This document shows, one piece after another, positions 40,087 to 48,015 of a stretch of 64,000 nt of DNA (positions within the stretch are counted from its first letter, which is position 1; each line of letters opens with the position of its first letter). Both the position numbers and the translations under genes were made by a program. The stretch is taken from the NCBI GenBank assembly GCA_902800945.1, contig CADCFX010000002.1:682-64681 (forward strand), given 5' to 3'. This DNA comes from an uncultured Erysipelotrichaceae bacterium (GTDB lineage: Bacteria > Bacillota_I > Bacilli_A > RF39 > UBA660). The notes under the pieces were generated by a model. The model worked only from the letters and a program-made list of their open reading frames with translations. It was not told the origin of the DNA and did no database searches.

Positions 40087-41457
40087 TTATAATTTAGTTC
40101 TTATTTCATTAATTATATCCTTCATTTCTGGATTTATTTTTATATCCTCTTCTATTTTATCACAAGCATGTATTACAGTCGAATGATCTCTACCCCCAAA
40201 TTCCATCCCTATTCTCGGAAAAGATTCATCAGTAAGCATTCTACATAAATACATAGCTACCATTCTAGGATATGCAATATTTGCACTTCTCTTTTTCCCT
40301 TTTAATACTTCAACTGTTATTTTATAGTAATCTGCTACCACCTTTTGAATATTAGAAATATCACTCTTATTATAAGGATCCCTAGTAATATAATCTTTTA
40401 AAGCCTCGTTAGCAAACTTTAAATCTATTTTATCAGGTACACACATCGCCGTATAAGCTACCAACCTATTTATAGCTCCTTCTAGACTTCTAACATCAGA
40501 ATCAAAGTTATTAGCTATAAATTCTATTCCTTCATCAGTCATTTTATCATTTATAGATAAATGTTGTATTTTCTCTTTAACAATCCTGCAACGAAGTTCA
40601 AAATCAGGTGGATAAATATCAACTGGTAACCCCCATGCGAAACGACTTCGAAGTCTTTCTTCAAGCAGTTTTAAATCTTCAGGAGATCTATCAGAACTAA
40701 TAATAATTTGTTTATTCTTTCCATGAAGATCATTAAATATATGAAAGAACTCATCTTGTGTTTTTTCAGCTCCAACTAGAAATTGAATATCATCTATAAT
40801 CAAAACATCAATATTTCTATATTTATTTTTAAATCTAGCACTATTATCTGCCTTGTTACTACTACTAACTAGGTTAAAATAATCTTTTCTAAAATCATCA
40901 CTAGTTGTATATAGTACTCTCAACTTCGGATTATTATCAGTTATATAATTACCAATAGCATGCATTAGATGGGTCTTACCTAATCCACTTTTACCATATA
41001 TAAATAAAGGATTATATTGAACACCCGGACTTTTAGCAACAGCTAATGCAGCTGTATTAGCAAATTTATTGGTATCCCCTACTACGAAATTATCAAATTT
41101 TAGATTAGGATTCAAATTAGATTCGAATAATATATAGTTGTTAATATCTTCAAAGTTATAAACAATATCATTTTCAATTGTATTTTCAATTTTCTCTTCT
41201 TTTATCTCTTCTTCAAGAATACAATCAATTTCTCTATTAATGCCAGTAATCTTCGCAAACGCATCACAAATAGTCCCATAATAATTAGATAAAAGCATTT
41301 TCTTGTGTAATGGCATAGGAACAAGCAATATTATCTTATCATCTCTAATATCATATAAACTAGTCTTGCCAAACCATAAATTAAAGGTAACTTCTTGAAA
41401 ACTATTATGCATCATGTCTAAAAAATCAGACCATATTTCATCCTTGTTCAATACCAT
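40087..41457 (-). CDS. dnaA: chromosomal replication initiator DnaA
   Basis: AAA+ GKSGLGKTHLMHAIG, IDDIQFL, and the C-terminal DnaA signature FGGRDHSTVIHA. The start was set at the internal ATG preceded by AAAGGTGGG. Confidence 0.97.
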   Translation of the reverse strand: MVLNKDEIWSDFLDMMHNSFQEVTFNLWFGKTSLYDIRDDKIILLVPMPLHKKMLLSNYYGTICDAFAKITGINREIDCILEEEIKEEKIENTIENDIVYNFEDINNYILFESNLNPNLKFDNFVVGDTNKFANTAALAVAKSPGVQYNPLFIYGKSGLGKTHLMHAIGNYITDNNPKLRVLYTTSDDFRKDYFNLVSSSNKADNSARFKNKYRNIDVLIIDDIQFLVGAEKTQDEFFHIFNDLHGKNKQIIISSDRSPEDLKLLEERLRSRFAWGLPVDIYPPDFELRCRIVKEKIQHLSINDKMTDEGIEFIANNFDSDVRSLEGAINRLVAYTAMCVPDKIDLKFANEALKDYITRDPYNKSDISNIQKVVADYYKITVEVLKGKKRSANIAYPRMVAMYLCRMLTDESFPRIGMEFGGRDHSTVIHACDKIEEDIKINPEMKDIINEIRTKL

Positions 41458-41652
41458 CACCCACCTTTGACATTTAGTAACGTTATTATAATTCATCCTG
41501 TGGAAAATTAAAAGAACAATTTAAAGAATTCATACTTATAAACATATTAATAACATTTTTATCAACAAGTAATAGTCAATAAAAAAAGGAATCAGCTAAC
41601 TTATAAACACAATTAACAATTTTATAATACACAATATAATATAGTTATCAAC

Positions 41653-41675
41653 TTATCCACATTTTTTGTGGATAA
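41653..41675. promoter_or_regulatory. inverted pair of perfect DnaA boxes
   Basis: TTATCCACA-TTTTT-TGTGGATAA. The flanks extend the palindrome to AACTTATCCACA. Confidence 0.85.
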
Positions 41676-41730
41676 GTTATAACGTATCATCTAGATAAGT
41701 AATGATTGGACTAACTTATTACATTTTTAA

Positions 41731-41760
41731 TTGACTTTTCCCATATTCTAATATTATAAT
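41731..41760 (+). promoter_or_regulatory. promoter of rpmH-rnpA-yidC-jag
   Basis: TTGACT, an 18-nt spacer and TATAAT. Confidence 0.6.
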
Positions 41761-41794
41761 AAGGAAGCTTTATTGAGATGTGGAGGTGTAATAT

Positions 41795-41920
41795 ATGAAA
41801 AGAACTTATCAACCAAATAATAGAAAAAGAGCTAAAAAACATGGTTTTTTTGCTAGAAAAGAATCAAACGTACTGAATTCAAGAAGAAGAAAAGGACGCA
41901 AAAGAATAGTAGTTAAATAA
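41795..41920 (+). CDS. rpmH: 50S ribosomal protein L34
   Basis: It is below the ORF-track cutoff. [41 protein letters not shown], with RBS GGAGGTG. Confidence 0.95.
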   Translation: MKRTYQPNNRKRAKKHGFFARKESNVLNSRRRKGRKRIVVK

Positions 41921-41969
41921 GCCACCTAGTAGTGGTTTTTTATGTATAAAAAGGCAGGTTAAAAATTAA

Positions 41970-42296
41970 GTGAAAAGATATGAGATGATAAAGAGTCAAA
42001 ATATCTTTAACGAGTTAATAACAAAAGGGAAGTTTAATAAGAATAAATACTTTGTTGTATATTATGAAAAGAATGACACTGACAAAACTAATTTTGGAAT
42101 AGCCATCAGTAAAAAATACGGCACAGCAGTAGAGAGAAATAATATAAAAAGAAAAGTACGTAGTATTATTGATAATAACAGAAATTTATTCCAAAAAGGC
42201 TACAATTATATTATAATGATTAGGAAGGACTGCAAAAAAAGAGCTTTTCAAGATCTTAATGAAAAATTAGTAGCAGTATTGAAAGAAAAAAGGTGA
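41970..42296 (+). CDS. rnpA: ribonuclease P protein component
   Basis: A basic 108-aa protein following rpmH, with FNELITKGKF...YFVVYY and the NNIKRKVR RNR-like motif. GTG start, uncertain. Confidence 0.85.
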   Translation: MKRYEMIKSQNIFNELITKGKFNKNKYFVVYYEKNDTDKTNFGIAISKKYGTAVERNNIKRKVRSIIDNNRNLFQKGYNYIIMIRKDCKKRAFQDLNEKLVAVLKEKR

Positions 42297-42299
42297 ATT

Positions 42300-43241
42300 A
42301 TGAAAAAAAGAACAAAAGTATTTATCTTGTTGATAACACTATTGTTATTAACAGGGTGTACAAAGACACTAAAAGTTAAAGATAAAATAATAAAGTATGA
42401 GAAAACCGGACAAACATTAACATCTAATATATTATGTAAACCGGAAGAAGATGAATTAATTGAGTTATATACAAAATATGACAAACACTTACAAGTTAAA
42501 ATGGCTGATTTGCCAACTTGTAAGAAATTTACCCCTAATAAAATAAAATATAAGAGCTTATGGGAATCAATATTTGTTAAACCACTGGGTTATTTAATAT
42601 TAAAATTTGGTTACTTGATTAATAACATGGCTATTTCCGTAATGGTAATTGGATTACTAATAAGAATAGTTTTGATACCTATTCAAAACAAAAGTATTAA
42701 ACAATCTGAAAATATGAAAAAAGCTCAACCAGAACTAATGAAAATAGAAAAAAAATATGCTGGACGTGATGATAACGAAGCCTTAATGGGTAAAAGCCAA
42801 GAAACCATGATGATATATAAAAAATATGGTATTAACCCTGTATCAGGTTGCTTATTAGCTTTTATTCAATTACCACTGTTCTTTGCTTTTTTAGAAGCGA
42901 TAAACAGAGTGCCAGCAATATTTGAAGGAAACTTCCTAGGAATGAACTTAGCTATGACTCCTTCTACAGGAATAGCTCAAAAGAAGTATATATATATTAT
43001 ATTAGTAGTATTAATTATATTAACAACTTACTTATCCTTTAAAAAATCAATGTCATCTCAGGCTGGTCAACCACCAGAAATGCAACAACAAATGAAAATG
43101 ATGTTTGTATTTATGATAGTAATGATAGCATTTGCATCATTAAGTTTACCAACAGCAATAGCATTATACTGGATTGTTACTAATGGCTTTGCAGTTGTAC
43201 AAAACGTCATCGTTGGTAAAAATATTGGAAAGAAGGATTAA
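42300..43241 (+). CDS. yidC: membrane protein insertase YidC/OxaA (lipoprotein type)
   Basis: Lipobox LLLLTGC, and the conserved PIQNKS...KKYGINP...GCLLAFIQLPLFFAF. Confidence 0.9.
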   Translation: MKKRTKVFILLITLLLLTGCTKTLKVKDKIIKYEKTGQTLTSNILCKPEEDELIELYTKYDKHLQVKMADLPTCKKFTPNKIKYKSLWESIFVKPLGYLILKFGYLINNMAISVMVIGLLIRIVLIPIQNKSIKQSENMKKAQPELMKIEKKYAGRDDNEALMGKSQETMMIYKKYGINPVSGCLLAFIQLPLFFAFLEAINRVPAIFEGNFLGMNLAMTPSTGIAQKKYIYIILVVLIILTTYLSFKKSMSSQAGQPPEMQQQMKMMFVFMIVMIAFASLSLPTAIALYWIVTNGFAVVQNVIVGKNIGKKD

Positions 43242-43242
43242 T

Positions 43243-43875
43243 ATGAGTTTAAAAGTAACAGAATTCGAAGCAAAGACCAAAGAAGATGCTTTAAATAAAG
43301 CTTTAGAAGAATTAGAATTAACAGAAAAAGATATTATTTATAAATCGGAAGAAAAGAAAGGAAAGCTTTTTAAGGCCGGATCATGTGTTGTTACAGTAGC
43401 AACAATAAAAGATATAGCGGACTACTTAAAAGATGAATTAAAAGAATTAGTTTCTAATATGGGAATAGAAGTAAATATTGAAGAAAGTATTAGAGAAGAA
43501 CAAATTAACCTAAAAATGTACTCGGATATGAATAATATATTAATTGGCAAAAATGGCCAAACCCTAGTAGCAATTACAAATATTTTAAAACAAACAATAT
43601 TTAATGAGTTGGGAAGATATCCATATATAATATTAGATGTAGAAAACTATAAAGAGAAGAAAATATCTAACATTGAAAGGCTAGCCAAAAGAGTTGCTAG
43701 AGAAGTATCAAAAACAAAAGTAGACGCAGCTCTCGAAAACATGAACTCATATGAAAGAAGAATAGTTCATAACATTTTAACTAATTACAAACATGTGACT
43801 ACAACAAGTGAAGGTGAAGAACCTAATAGACATGTTGTTATAAAATATGTTGAAGAAAAAAATGAAGAAGAATAA
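43243..43875 (+). CDS. khpB: Jag/KhpB RNA-binding protein (Jag_N, KH, R3H)
   Basis: N-terminal Jag_N (EAKTKEDALNKALEEL), a KH-like IGKNGQTL, and R3H SYERRIVHNIL. The start was set at MSLKV after the yidC stop. Confidence 0.85.
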   Translation: MSLKVTEFEAKTKEDALNKALEELELTEKDIIYKSEEKKGKLFKAGSCVVTVATIKDIADYLKDELKELVSNMGIEVNIEESIREEQINLKMYSDMNNILIGKNGQTLVAITNILKQTIFNELGRYPYIILDVENYKEKKISNIERLAKRVAREVSKTKVDAALENMNSYERRIVHNILTNYKHVTTTSEGEEPNRHVVIKYVEEKNEEE

Positions 43876-43903
43876 AAAATTATTTCCCGGGAAATAATTT
43901 TTT
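43874..43903. promoter_or_regulatory. NBS palindrome that also forms the terminator-like hairpin after jag
   Basis: 30-bp perfect palindrome AAAAAATTATTTCCCGGGAAATAATTTTTT starting in the jag stop codon. An A-run and a T-run flank the stem. Confidence 0.7.
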
Positions 43904-43934
43904 TTATTGTATATATAAATGATAATAATGTAAA

Positions 43935-43956
43935 AATTATTTCCCGGGAAATAATT
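43935..43956. promoter_or_regulatory. NBS palindrome overlapping the -35 region of the mnmE promoter
   Basis: 22-bp perfect palindrome AATTATTTCCCGGGAAATAATT. Confidence 0.7.
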
Positions 43957-43968
43957 ATGTGCTATAAT
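43940..43968 (+). promoter_or_regulatory. putative extended -10 promoter of mnmE-mnmG-rsmG
   Basis: TGCTATAAT at 43960-43968. The -35 position falls on TTTCCC inside the palindrome (poor -35). Confidence 0.45.
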
Positions 43969-43991
43969 ACCCCCGAAAGGAGCAGATAGTA

Positions 43992-45347
43992 ATGAATGAA
44001 ACAATATGTGCTATCTCCACTAGTCAGGGAGTAGGAGCAATTGCCATAATCCGTGTCAGTGGACCTGATTCAATTAAAATAGTAAATAAAATTTTTAAAG
44101 GAAAAGATTTATTAAATGTTAAAAGTCATACCATAAACTATGGATATATTGTTGATGGAGAGAATACTATAGACGAGGTTCTTGTTTCTGTAATGAAAGC
44201 TCCCAAGACATTTACTACCGAAGATACAGTAGAAATCAATACACACGGAGGTATCGCTCCAACCAATAAAGTATTAGAACTATTACTAACCAGTGGTTGT
44301 CGTCTTGCCGAACCAGGTGAGTTTACTAAAAGAGCCTTTCTAAATGGACGCATAGACCTACTAGAAGCAGAAGCAGTAATGGATAAAATAAATGCCCAAA
44401 CTGAAAAGCAAAATAAAATGGCTAACAACCAGCTTTCCGGCAAAGTATCTAAACTAATAGATGATTTAAGAAGTGACATGATTCAAATAATATCTAATAT
44501 TAATGTAAATATAGATTTCCCAGAATATGATGATGTAGATATTATAACTAATGAAATACTAATACCTAAAATAAAAAAGCTTAAACAAAGAATAGAAAAA
44601 ATCATAGAAGAGAGTAAAAAAGGGGAAATAATTAAAAGTGGTATCACAACTTGTATAATAGGAGAGCCAAATGTTGGTAAAAGTAGTCTTTTAAACACCT
44701 TGTTAGAAGAAGAAAAAGCTATAGTAACCGACATTGCTGGAACAACAAGAGATATCGTTGAAGGTAAAATAAGTATAAATGGAATCTTATTAAATATTAT
44801 TGACACAGCAGGTATAAGAGAAACAGACAATATAATAGAGTCTATTGGGGTAGAAAAAAGTAAAGAAATGCTTAAAAAATCTGATTTAGTTCTTCTTGTT
44901 TTAAATAATAATGAAGAAATTAGTCAAGATATAAAAGATTTATACGAAAAAATAAAGAAAAAAGTTCATATCATAATAGTTAATAAGACAGATTTACCTA
45001 ACAAACTTGATTTATCTTATTTCCCAAGTGAAAATATTATTAAAATGTCAGTAAAAACTGGTGAGGGAATATCAGAATTAAAAGAATATATTAGAGAGTT
45101 ATTTAATATATCTAAAATAGAGACAGAAGATCCTACATACCTAAGTAATGCTAGAAGTATTGCTATCTTAAAAAATTGTTTAAAAAGTATAAAAGATATA
45201 GAAAATAGCTTAGAAAATAATATTCCTATTGATATGCTAGAAATCGATATAAAAAACATCTGGGAGGAATTAGGTAAAATAAATGGGAAATACTATGATG
45301 AAGAGTTACTAGATGAAATGTTTAGCAGGTTCTGTTTAGGAAAATAA
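43992..45347 (+). CDS. mnmE: tRNA modification GTPase MnmE
   Basis: ETICAISTSQGVGAIAIIRVSG, the G domain GEPNVGKSSLLN and DTAGIR, and the C-terminal FCLGK. Confidence 0.95.
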   Translation: MNETICAISTSQGVGAIAIIRVSGPDSIKIVNKIFKGKDLLNVKSHTINYGYIVDGENTIDEVLVSVMKAPKTFTTEDTVEINTHGGIAPTNKVLELLLTSGCRLAEPGEFTKRAFLNGRIDLLEAEAVMDKINAQTEKQNKMANNQLSGKVSKLIDDLRSDMIQIISNINVNIDFPEYDDVDIITNEILIPKIKKLKQRIEKIIEESKKGEIIKSGITTCIIGEPNVGKSSLLNTLLEEEKAIVTDIAGTTRDIVEGKISINGILLNIIDTAGIRETDNIIESIGVEKSKEMLKKSDLVLLVLNNNEEISQDIKDLYEKIKKKVHIIIVNKTDLPNKLDLSYFPSENIIKMSVKTGEGISELKEYIRELFNISKIETEDPTYLSNARSIAILKNCLKSIKDIENSLENNIPIDMLEIDIKNIWEELGKINGKYYDEELLDEMFSRFCLGK

Positions 45348-45387
45348 GTTATTTCCCAAGAGCAATTAATCATAAGGAAGTGAAAAA

Positions 45388-47259
45388 ATGGAATATGAAA
45401 TAATAGTAGTAGGTGGTGGTCATGCCGGTTGTGAAGCAGCTTACGCCTCAGCTAAAAAAGGACACAAAACCCTTTTAATTACAAGTAATATAAAGAATAT
45501 AGCTGACATGCCTTGTAATCCTCATATTGGTGGAAGTGCAAAAGGTATAGTAGTTAGAGAAATAGATGCCTTAGGCGGTATTATGGGTAAGATAGCAGAT
45601 AAAACCCATTTACAAATAAAAATGTTAAATAGTGCTAAAGGACCGGCCGTACAAGCGTTAAGAGCTCAAGGAGATAAAATAGCTTATCCAAAAGAAATGT
45701 TAAATACATTAAATAATCTTAACAATCTTACTATTCGAGAGGGAATGGTTGAAGATTTAATTGTAGATAATAAAGAAGTAAAAGGAATAGTACTAGAAGA
45801 TGGAGAAAAAATTATTTCCCAAAAAGTTATACTTACAACTGGTACATATTTAAAAGCTGATATTCTTGTTGGCAGCACCAGAACAAGACAAGGACCACAT
45901 GGAGAAAGACCATCCAATCATCTTAGTGACAAACTTAAAGAATATGGCTTTAAAATAATTAGATTAAAAACTGGCACACCGCAAAGAATTGATAGAAGTA
46001 CTATCGACTTTTCTAAAACAAAATTAGAACCAGGTGATAATAAATTACTAACATTTAGTTTTGATTTAGAACCTTCTTATAAAATAGAAGATCAAGTTCC
46101 TTGTTACCTAACATATACAACAGAAGAAACACATAATATTATTAGAGAAAACCTAAATAAATCAAGTATGTATGGAGGACTAGATGATATCGAAGGAATA
46201 GGCCCAAGATATTGTCCTTCTATTGAAGATAAAGTTGTTAGATTCAGTGACAAAGAAAGACATCAATTATTCCTCGAACCAGAAAGCAGATACTACGATG
46301 ATATATATGTACAAGGCTTTTCTACATCTATGCCACCTGAAATACAAGAGAAAATGGTTCACTCATTACCAGGATTAGAAAATGCTAAAATACTAAAATA
46401 TGGTTATGCCATTGAATATGACGCTATATATCCTACTCAACTAAACTATTCGTTAGAAACAAAAGTATTAAGAAATCTATATACAGCCGGCCAAATAAAT
46501 GGTACTAGTGGGTACGAAGAAGCTGCTTGTCAGGGATTAATGGCGGGGATAAATGCGTCACTAGCTTTAGAAAAAAAAGAACCACTAGTATTAAAAAGAA
46601 ATGAAGCTTATATAGGCGTATTAATAGATGATTTAATTACAAAAGGAATAAGAGATCCATATCGTCTTCTTTCAAGTAGAGCGGAATTTAGACTTATTCT
46701 AAGAAGCGATAACGCTGATTTAAGATTAAGAAAACACGGCTATGAAATAGGTCTAATATCAGATGAACAAATGAATAAACTACTAGAAAAAGAAAAACAA
46801 ATAGCTTCATTAAAAAATTATATGAAGAATACCAAGATAAAAATAACAGCAGAAGTAGAAAAAATATTCAATAAATGCAACATAACAGTTCCGACTTCCA
46901 CCATGTCATTAGAACAACTGATAAAAAGGCCGCAAATCAATATTGAGTTTCTTGAAAAAATAATTGATATTTCCTATGACAATGAAATAAAAGAACAGGT
47001 AGAAATAAATTATAAATACGAAGGATATATAAAAAAATCAATAATTGAAGCCGAAAAAATGTTAAAACTTGAAAAGAAACAAATACCAACCGATATCGAT
47101 TATGACAAAATTAAAAATATTGCTTCAGAAGCAAGACAAAAGCTTAAAGAAGTTCGGCCTAAAACAATTGCTCAAGCTATACGAATAAGCGGTGTAAATC
47201 CATCGGACATATCGGTTTTATCAGTTTATTTAAAGAAAGAGTATAATAATCATGAATAA
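45388..47259 (+). CDS. mnmG: tRNA uridine 5-carboxymethylaminomethyl modification enzyme MnmG
   Basis: VVGGGHAGCEAA FAD motif, GPRYCPSIEDK, and QINGTSGYEEAA. Confidence 0.95.
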   Translation: MEYEIIVVGGGHAGCEAAYASAKKGHKTLLITSNIKNIADMPCNPHIGGSAKGIVVREIDALGGIMGKIADKTHLQIKMLNSAKGPAVQALRAQGDKIAYPKEMLNTLNNLNNLTIREGMVEDLIVDNKEVKGIVLEDGEKIISQKVILTTGTYLKADILVGSTRTRQGPHGERPSNHLSDKLKEYGFKIIRLKTGTPQRIDRSTIDFSKTKLEPGDNKLLTFSFDLEPSYKIEDQVPCYLTYTTEETHNIIRENLNKSSMYGGLDDIEGIGPRYCPSIEDKVVRFSDKERHQLFLEPESRYYDDIYVQGFSTSMPPEIQEKMVHSLPGLENAKILKYGYAIEYDAIYPTQLNYSLETKVLRNLYTAGQINGTSGYEEAACQGLMAGINASLALEKKEPLVLKRNEAYIGVLIDDLITKGIRDPYRLLSSRAEFRLILRSDNADLRLRKHGYEIGLISDEQMNKLLEKEKQIASLKNYMKNTKIKITAEVEKIFNKCNITVPTSTMSLEQLIKRPQINIEFLEKIIDISYDNEIKEQVEINYKYEGYIKKSIIEAEKMLKLEKKQIPTDIDYDKIKNIASEARQKLKEVRPKTIAQAIRISGVNPSDISVLSVYLKKEYNNHE

Positions 47260-47968
47260 AGAAGAATTTATCGAACTATTAAAAAAAGAGAATATACCAA
47301 TAAATAATAAAATAATCGAACAACTCGACACATATAAAGAATTTCTAATTGAGTATAATGAACATACAAATTTAACAGCAATAAAGAAAGAAGAAGATAT
47401 CTATTTAAAACATTTTTATGACTCAGTAATATTAGCAAAGTATTACCATTTTAAAGATGAAAAAGTACTAGATATAGGTACTGGCGCAGGATTCCCTGGC
47501 ATGGTATTAAAAATCTTTTTTCCAAGCTTAAAAATCACTCTATTAGATTCCAATAATAAAAAAATAAAATTTTTGGCAGAATTATGTGTAAAACTAGGAA
47601 TAAAAGATGTTGAAACTATTTGCGAAAGAGCAGAAGAATACTGCCGAAACAATAGAGAAACATATGATATTGTTACTTCAAGAGCAGTTAGTGATTTAAC
47701 TATCTTGAGTGAATTATCTATTCCATTCTTAAAAAAAGGAGGATATTTTATCCCCCTCAAAGGTGGAAATAAAGAAGAATTTGCTTCTGCTCAAGTAGCA
47801 ATAACTACTTTAGGTGGAATAGTTGAAAAAGAATATGATTATACTTTACCTATAGAGGATAGCAAAAGAACCATTTTATTAATAAAAAAGAATAAAAATA
47901 CGCCATCAATATATCCGCGTCCATATAGTAAAATAGTCAAAAATCCATTGAAAAAAGGTAAAAAATAA
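47252..47968 (+). CDS. rsmG: 16S rRNA (guanine527-N7)-methyltransferase RsmG
   Basis: DIGTGAGFPG and TSRAV motifs, in the mnmG-rsmG synteny. Confidence 0.9.
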   Translation: MNKEEFIELLKKENIPINNKIIEQLDTYKEFLIEYNEHTNLTAIKKEEDIYLKHFYDSVILAKYYHFKDEKVLDIGTGAGFPGMVLKIFFPSLKITLLDSNNKKIKFLAELCVKLGIKDVETICERAEEYCRNNRETYDIVTSRAVSDLTILSELSIPFLKKGGYFIPLKGGNKEEFASAQVAITTLGGIVEKEYDYTLPIEDSKRTILLIKKNKNTPSIYPRPYSKIVKNPLKKGKK

Positions 47969-48015
47969 GATATGATAAAAAATAGAATAGAGAATAATCT
48001 CAAGGGGATGATAAT

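Larger units (their letters stand above)
41497..41794. other. oriC: DnaA-box cluster between dnaA and rpmH
   Basis: Two perfect TTATCCACA boxes, plus TTTTCCACA (41499-41507, reverse), TTATCAACA (41559-41567), TTATAAACA (41536, 41601) and TTATCAACT (41645). Gene orientation diverges here. Confidence 0.8.

Noticed and set aside
43777-44004. 75-aa minus-strand ORF spanning the jag-mnmE spacer.
   Set aside because: The frame merely reads through the two NBS palindromes (giving NYFPGNN twice) and AT-rich spacer. It has no RBS and overlaps the jag 3' end and the mnmE start.
44138-45259. Three minus-strand ORFs (113, 115 and 80 aa) inside mnmE. Similar antisense ORFs occur in gyrA, gyrB, mfd, mnmG, rsmG, noc, murA, secA and the ATP-grasp gene.
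   Set aside because: They are all antisense to strongly supported conserved genes. They are Ser/Ile/Leu/Phe-rich, as expected from the complement of AT-rich codons, and lack RBSs.
30600-46000. Apparent over-representation of the half-site ATTATTTCCC (at least 8 copies in dnaX, tadA, mnmG and after mnmE).
   Set aside because: Most copies are the coding sequence of Gly-Asn-Asn (GGA AAT AAT) in low-complexity protein segments. Only the three full palindromes are treated as binding sites.
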